IMG/VR virus record: IMGVR_UViG_3300028629_000006
From: an uncultured virus (IMG/VR IMGVR_UViG_3300028629_000006)
Lineage: Duplodnaviria; Heunggongvirae; Uroviricota; Caudoviricetes
Reading direction: 5' to 3' (one strand)
DNA length: 64,000 nt
Shown: piece by piece, positions 63,108-64,000 of the stretch
Layout: each line of letters starts with the position of its first letter
How positions within the stretch are numbered: position 1 is the first letter of the stretch
The notes under the pieces: generated by a model
The model's database searches: none
Seen by the model: only the letters and a program-made list of their open reading frames with translations
What the model was told of the DNA's origin: nothing
Translations under genes and position numbers: made by a program

Positions 63108-63638
63108 TTACTCCTCGAAGACCAGCGAGGCCATGCAGCGGGTGCAGAGGTCCATCGTCACGCCGTCGCCCCAGGTGACGCGCCAGAGGTGCACGTTCGC
63201 ATGCTCGGCGTGGAGGCTGCAGGTGCCGCGCTCGTGGAGCGGCTGGGCCTCGACGCCGGCCATCGGCTCGCCCTTGGCGCGCTCGGCGGCGTCGCGGCGG
63301 CCGAGGGCCGTCTTGACCCTCTCGCAGGCGGCTACGCACCGGGCCCGGTAGCGGTCGCCGTCGGCCAGCTGGTTCGCCGCGCCGTAGGCGGCCAGGAGCA
63401 GTTCGTCGGCGACCTCGGCCAGCTCGCTGTGGTCATCGTTCACCGGGACGGTCATGGTCAGGCCGCCCTTCTTGCAGAGGTAGGCGAACGGGATGCCGGC
63501 CTCGGCCATCCGGTCGGCGTCGGTCTTGGCGACCTCGACGCGCCGGCCCTGCAGCAAGATGGTCACGCGGCCGGGTGCGGAGGCCGCCTTGCCGGCGGCC
63601 TCCGTCGCGGTCTGGTGTTCGGCGTTGCGCTTCTTCAT
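63108..63638 (-). CDS. Hypothetical protein
   Basis: Paralog of 21750-22280. Confidence 0.8.
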   Translation of the reverse strand: MKKRNAEHQTATEAAGKAASAPGRVTILLQGRRVEVAKTDADRMAEAGIPFAYLCKKGGLTMTVPVNDDHSELAEVADELLLAAYGAANQLADGDRYRARCVAACERVKTALGRRDAAERAKGEPMAGVEAQPLHERGTCSLHAEHANVHLWRVTWGDGVTMDLCTRCMASLVFEE

Positions 63639-63650
63639 GGTTGGTCTCCT

Positions 63651-64000
63651 TCAGGGCTTGGCCGGGGTGGTGTCTTCAAAGCCGCACTCCACGAGGAGCG
63701 CGCAGAAGCCGGCCGGGTCCATCTTGTCCGCGGCGACCTTGGGCAGCCGGGCCAGCCGGCTGAGCAGCCGCTTGAATTCCGGGCGGCCGAGGGCCGCGAA
63801 GCTGTCGGAGAAGGCCTCCAGCCTCGCGACGCCGTCTTCGTTGCCGATGAGCCAATGCCAGCTCATGCACATCTCGCCGGAGCAACCGCCGTCGGCGAAG
63901 TAGAGCCCGAAGGTCACCTGGTCGACGATGCCTTCCTTCCGGAGGTGCGGAAGGTTGGCGTCGGCGTACCAGGCCCGTTTCAGGTGGATGAAGCGGGGAA
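63651..64000 (-). CDS. Hypothetical protein (5' partial)
   Basis: PRFIHLKRAWYAD... paralog of 21360-21737; runs off the window. Confidence 0.8.
   Translation of the reverse strand, partial: PRFIHLKRAWYADANLPHLRKEGIVDQVTFGLYFADGGCSGEMCMSWHWLIGNEDGVARLEAFSDSFAALGRPEFKRLLSRLARLPKVAADKMDPAGFCALLVECGFEDTTPAKP

Larger units (their letters stand above)
49445..64000 (+). mobile_element. Prophage 2 (partial), inverted paralog of prophage 1
   Basis: Sigma, exonuclease, Sak4, SSB, RusA, helicase, primase, cos, Nmad1, MTase and the inverted cassette in the same order as prophage 1; continues beyond the window. Confidence 0.85.

Noticed and set aside
60256..64000. Assembly duplication of 21.4-24.8 kb
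   Set aside because: The copies differ by many synonymous changes, indels and a unique gene (62078-62350), indicating real paralogy.

Overview
GC-rich bacterial DNA, with gene content typical of Planctomycetota-type prophage elements (inference). It contains two related, oppositely oriented siphovirus-like prophages separated by a defence island. Prophage 1 (~1-38.6 kb, mostly minus strand) looks near-complete. It carries a DUF2924/large serine recombinase (LSR) module, tail, candidate holin/spanin genes, a protease-capsid fusion, lambda-type portal and terminase, a ParB-methyltransferase, a lambda-like cos site, an iteron origin, a replication/recombination operon, a second LSR and an unusual control region: Hel308-like helicase-wHTH fusion, then a Com-like Zn finger, a start-codon-occluding hairpin and a sigma-like gene. 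The island at 38.7-49.2 kb encodes a dGTPase, Vsr, a UvrD-nuclease fusion, a C5 methyltransferase and a Type III R-M system. Prophage 2 (49.4 kb to the window end, plus strand) is a diverged paralog with swapped regulatory, resolvase and replicase/origin modules. Most notable: a bipartite motif CCTGTCCCC-N15-TGCCCTCTG occurs three times, in front of the middle operon, the late operon and the second LSR, suggesting a repressor-less, phage-sigma-driven cascade. A second motif links the prophage 2 sigma to the LSR module at the far end of prophage 1. Several conserved, covarying structured RNA elements and an immunity-like cassette are also present. All functional calls come from motif recognition by eye; no database searches were run.
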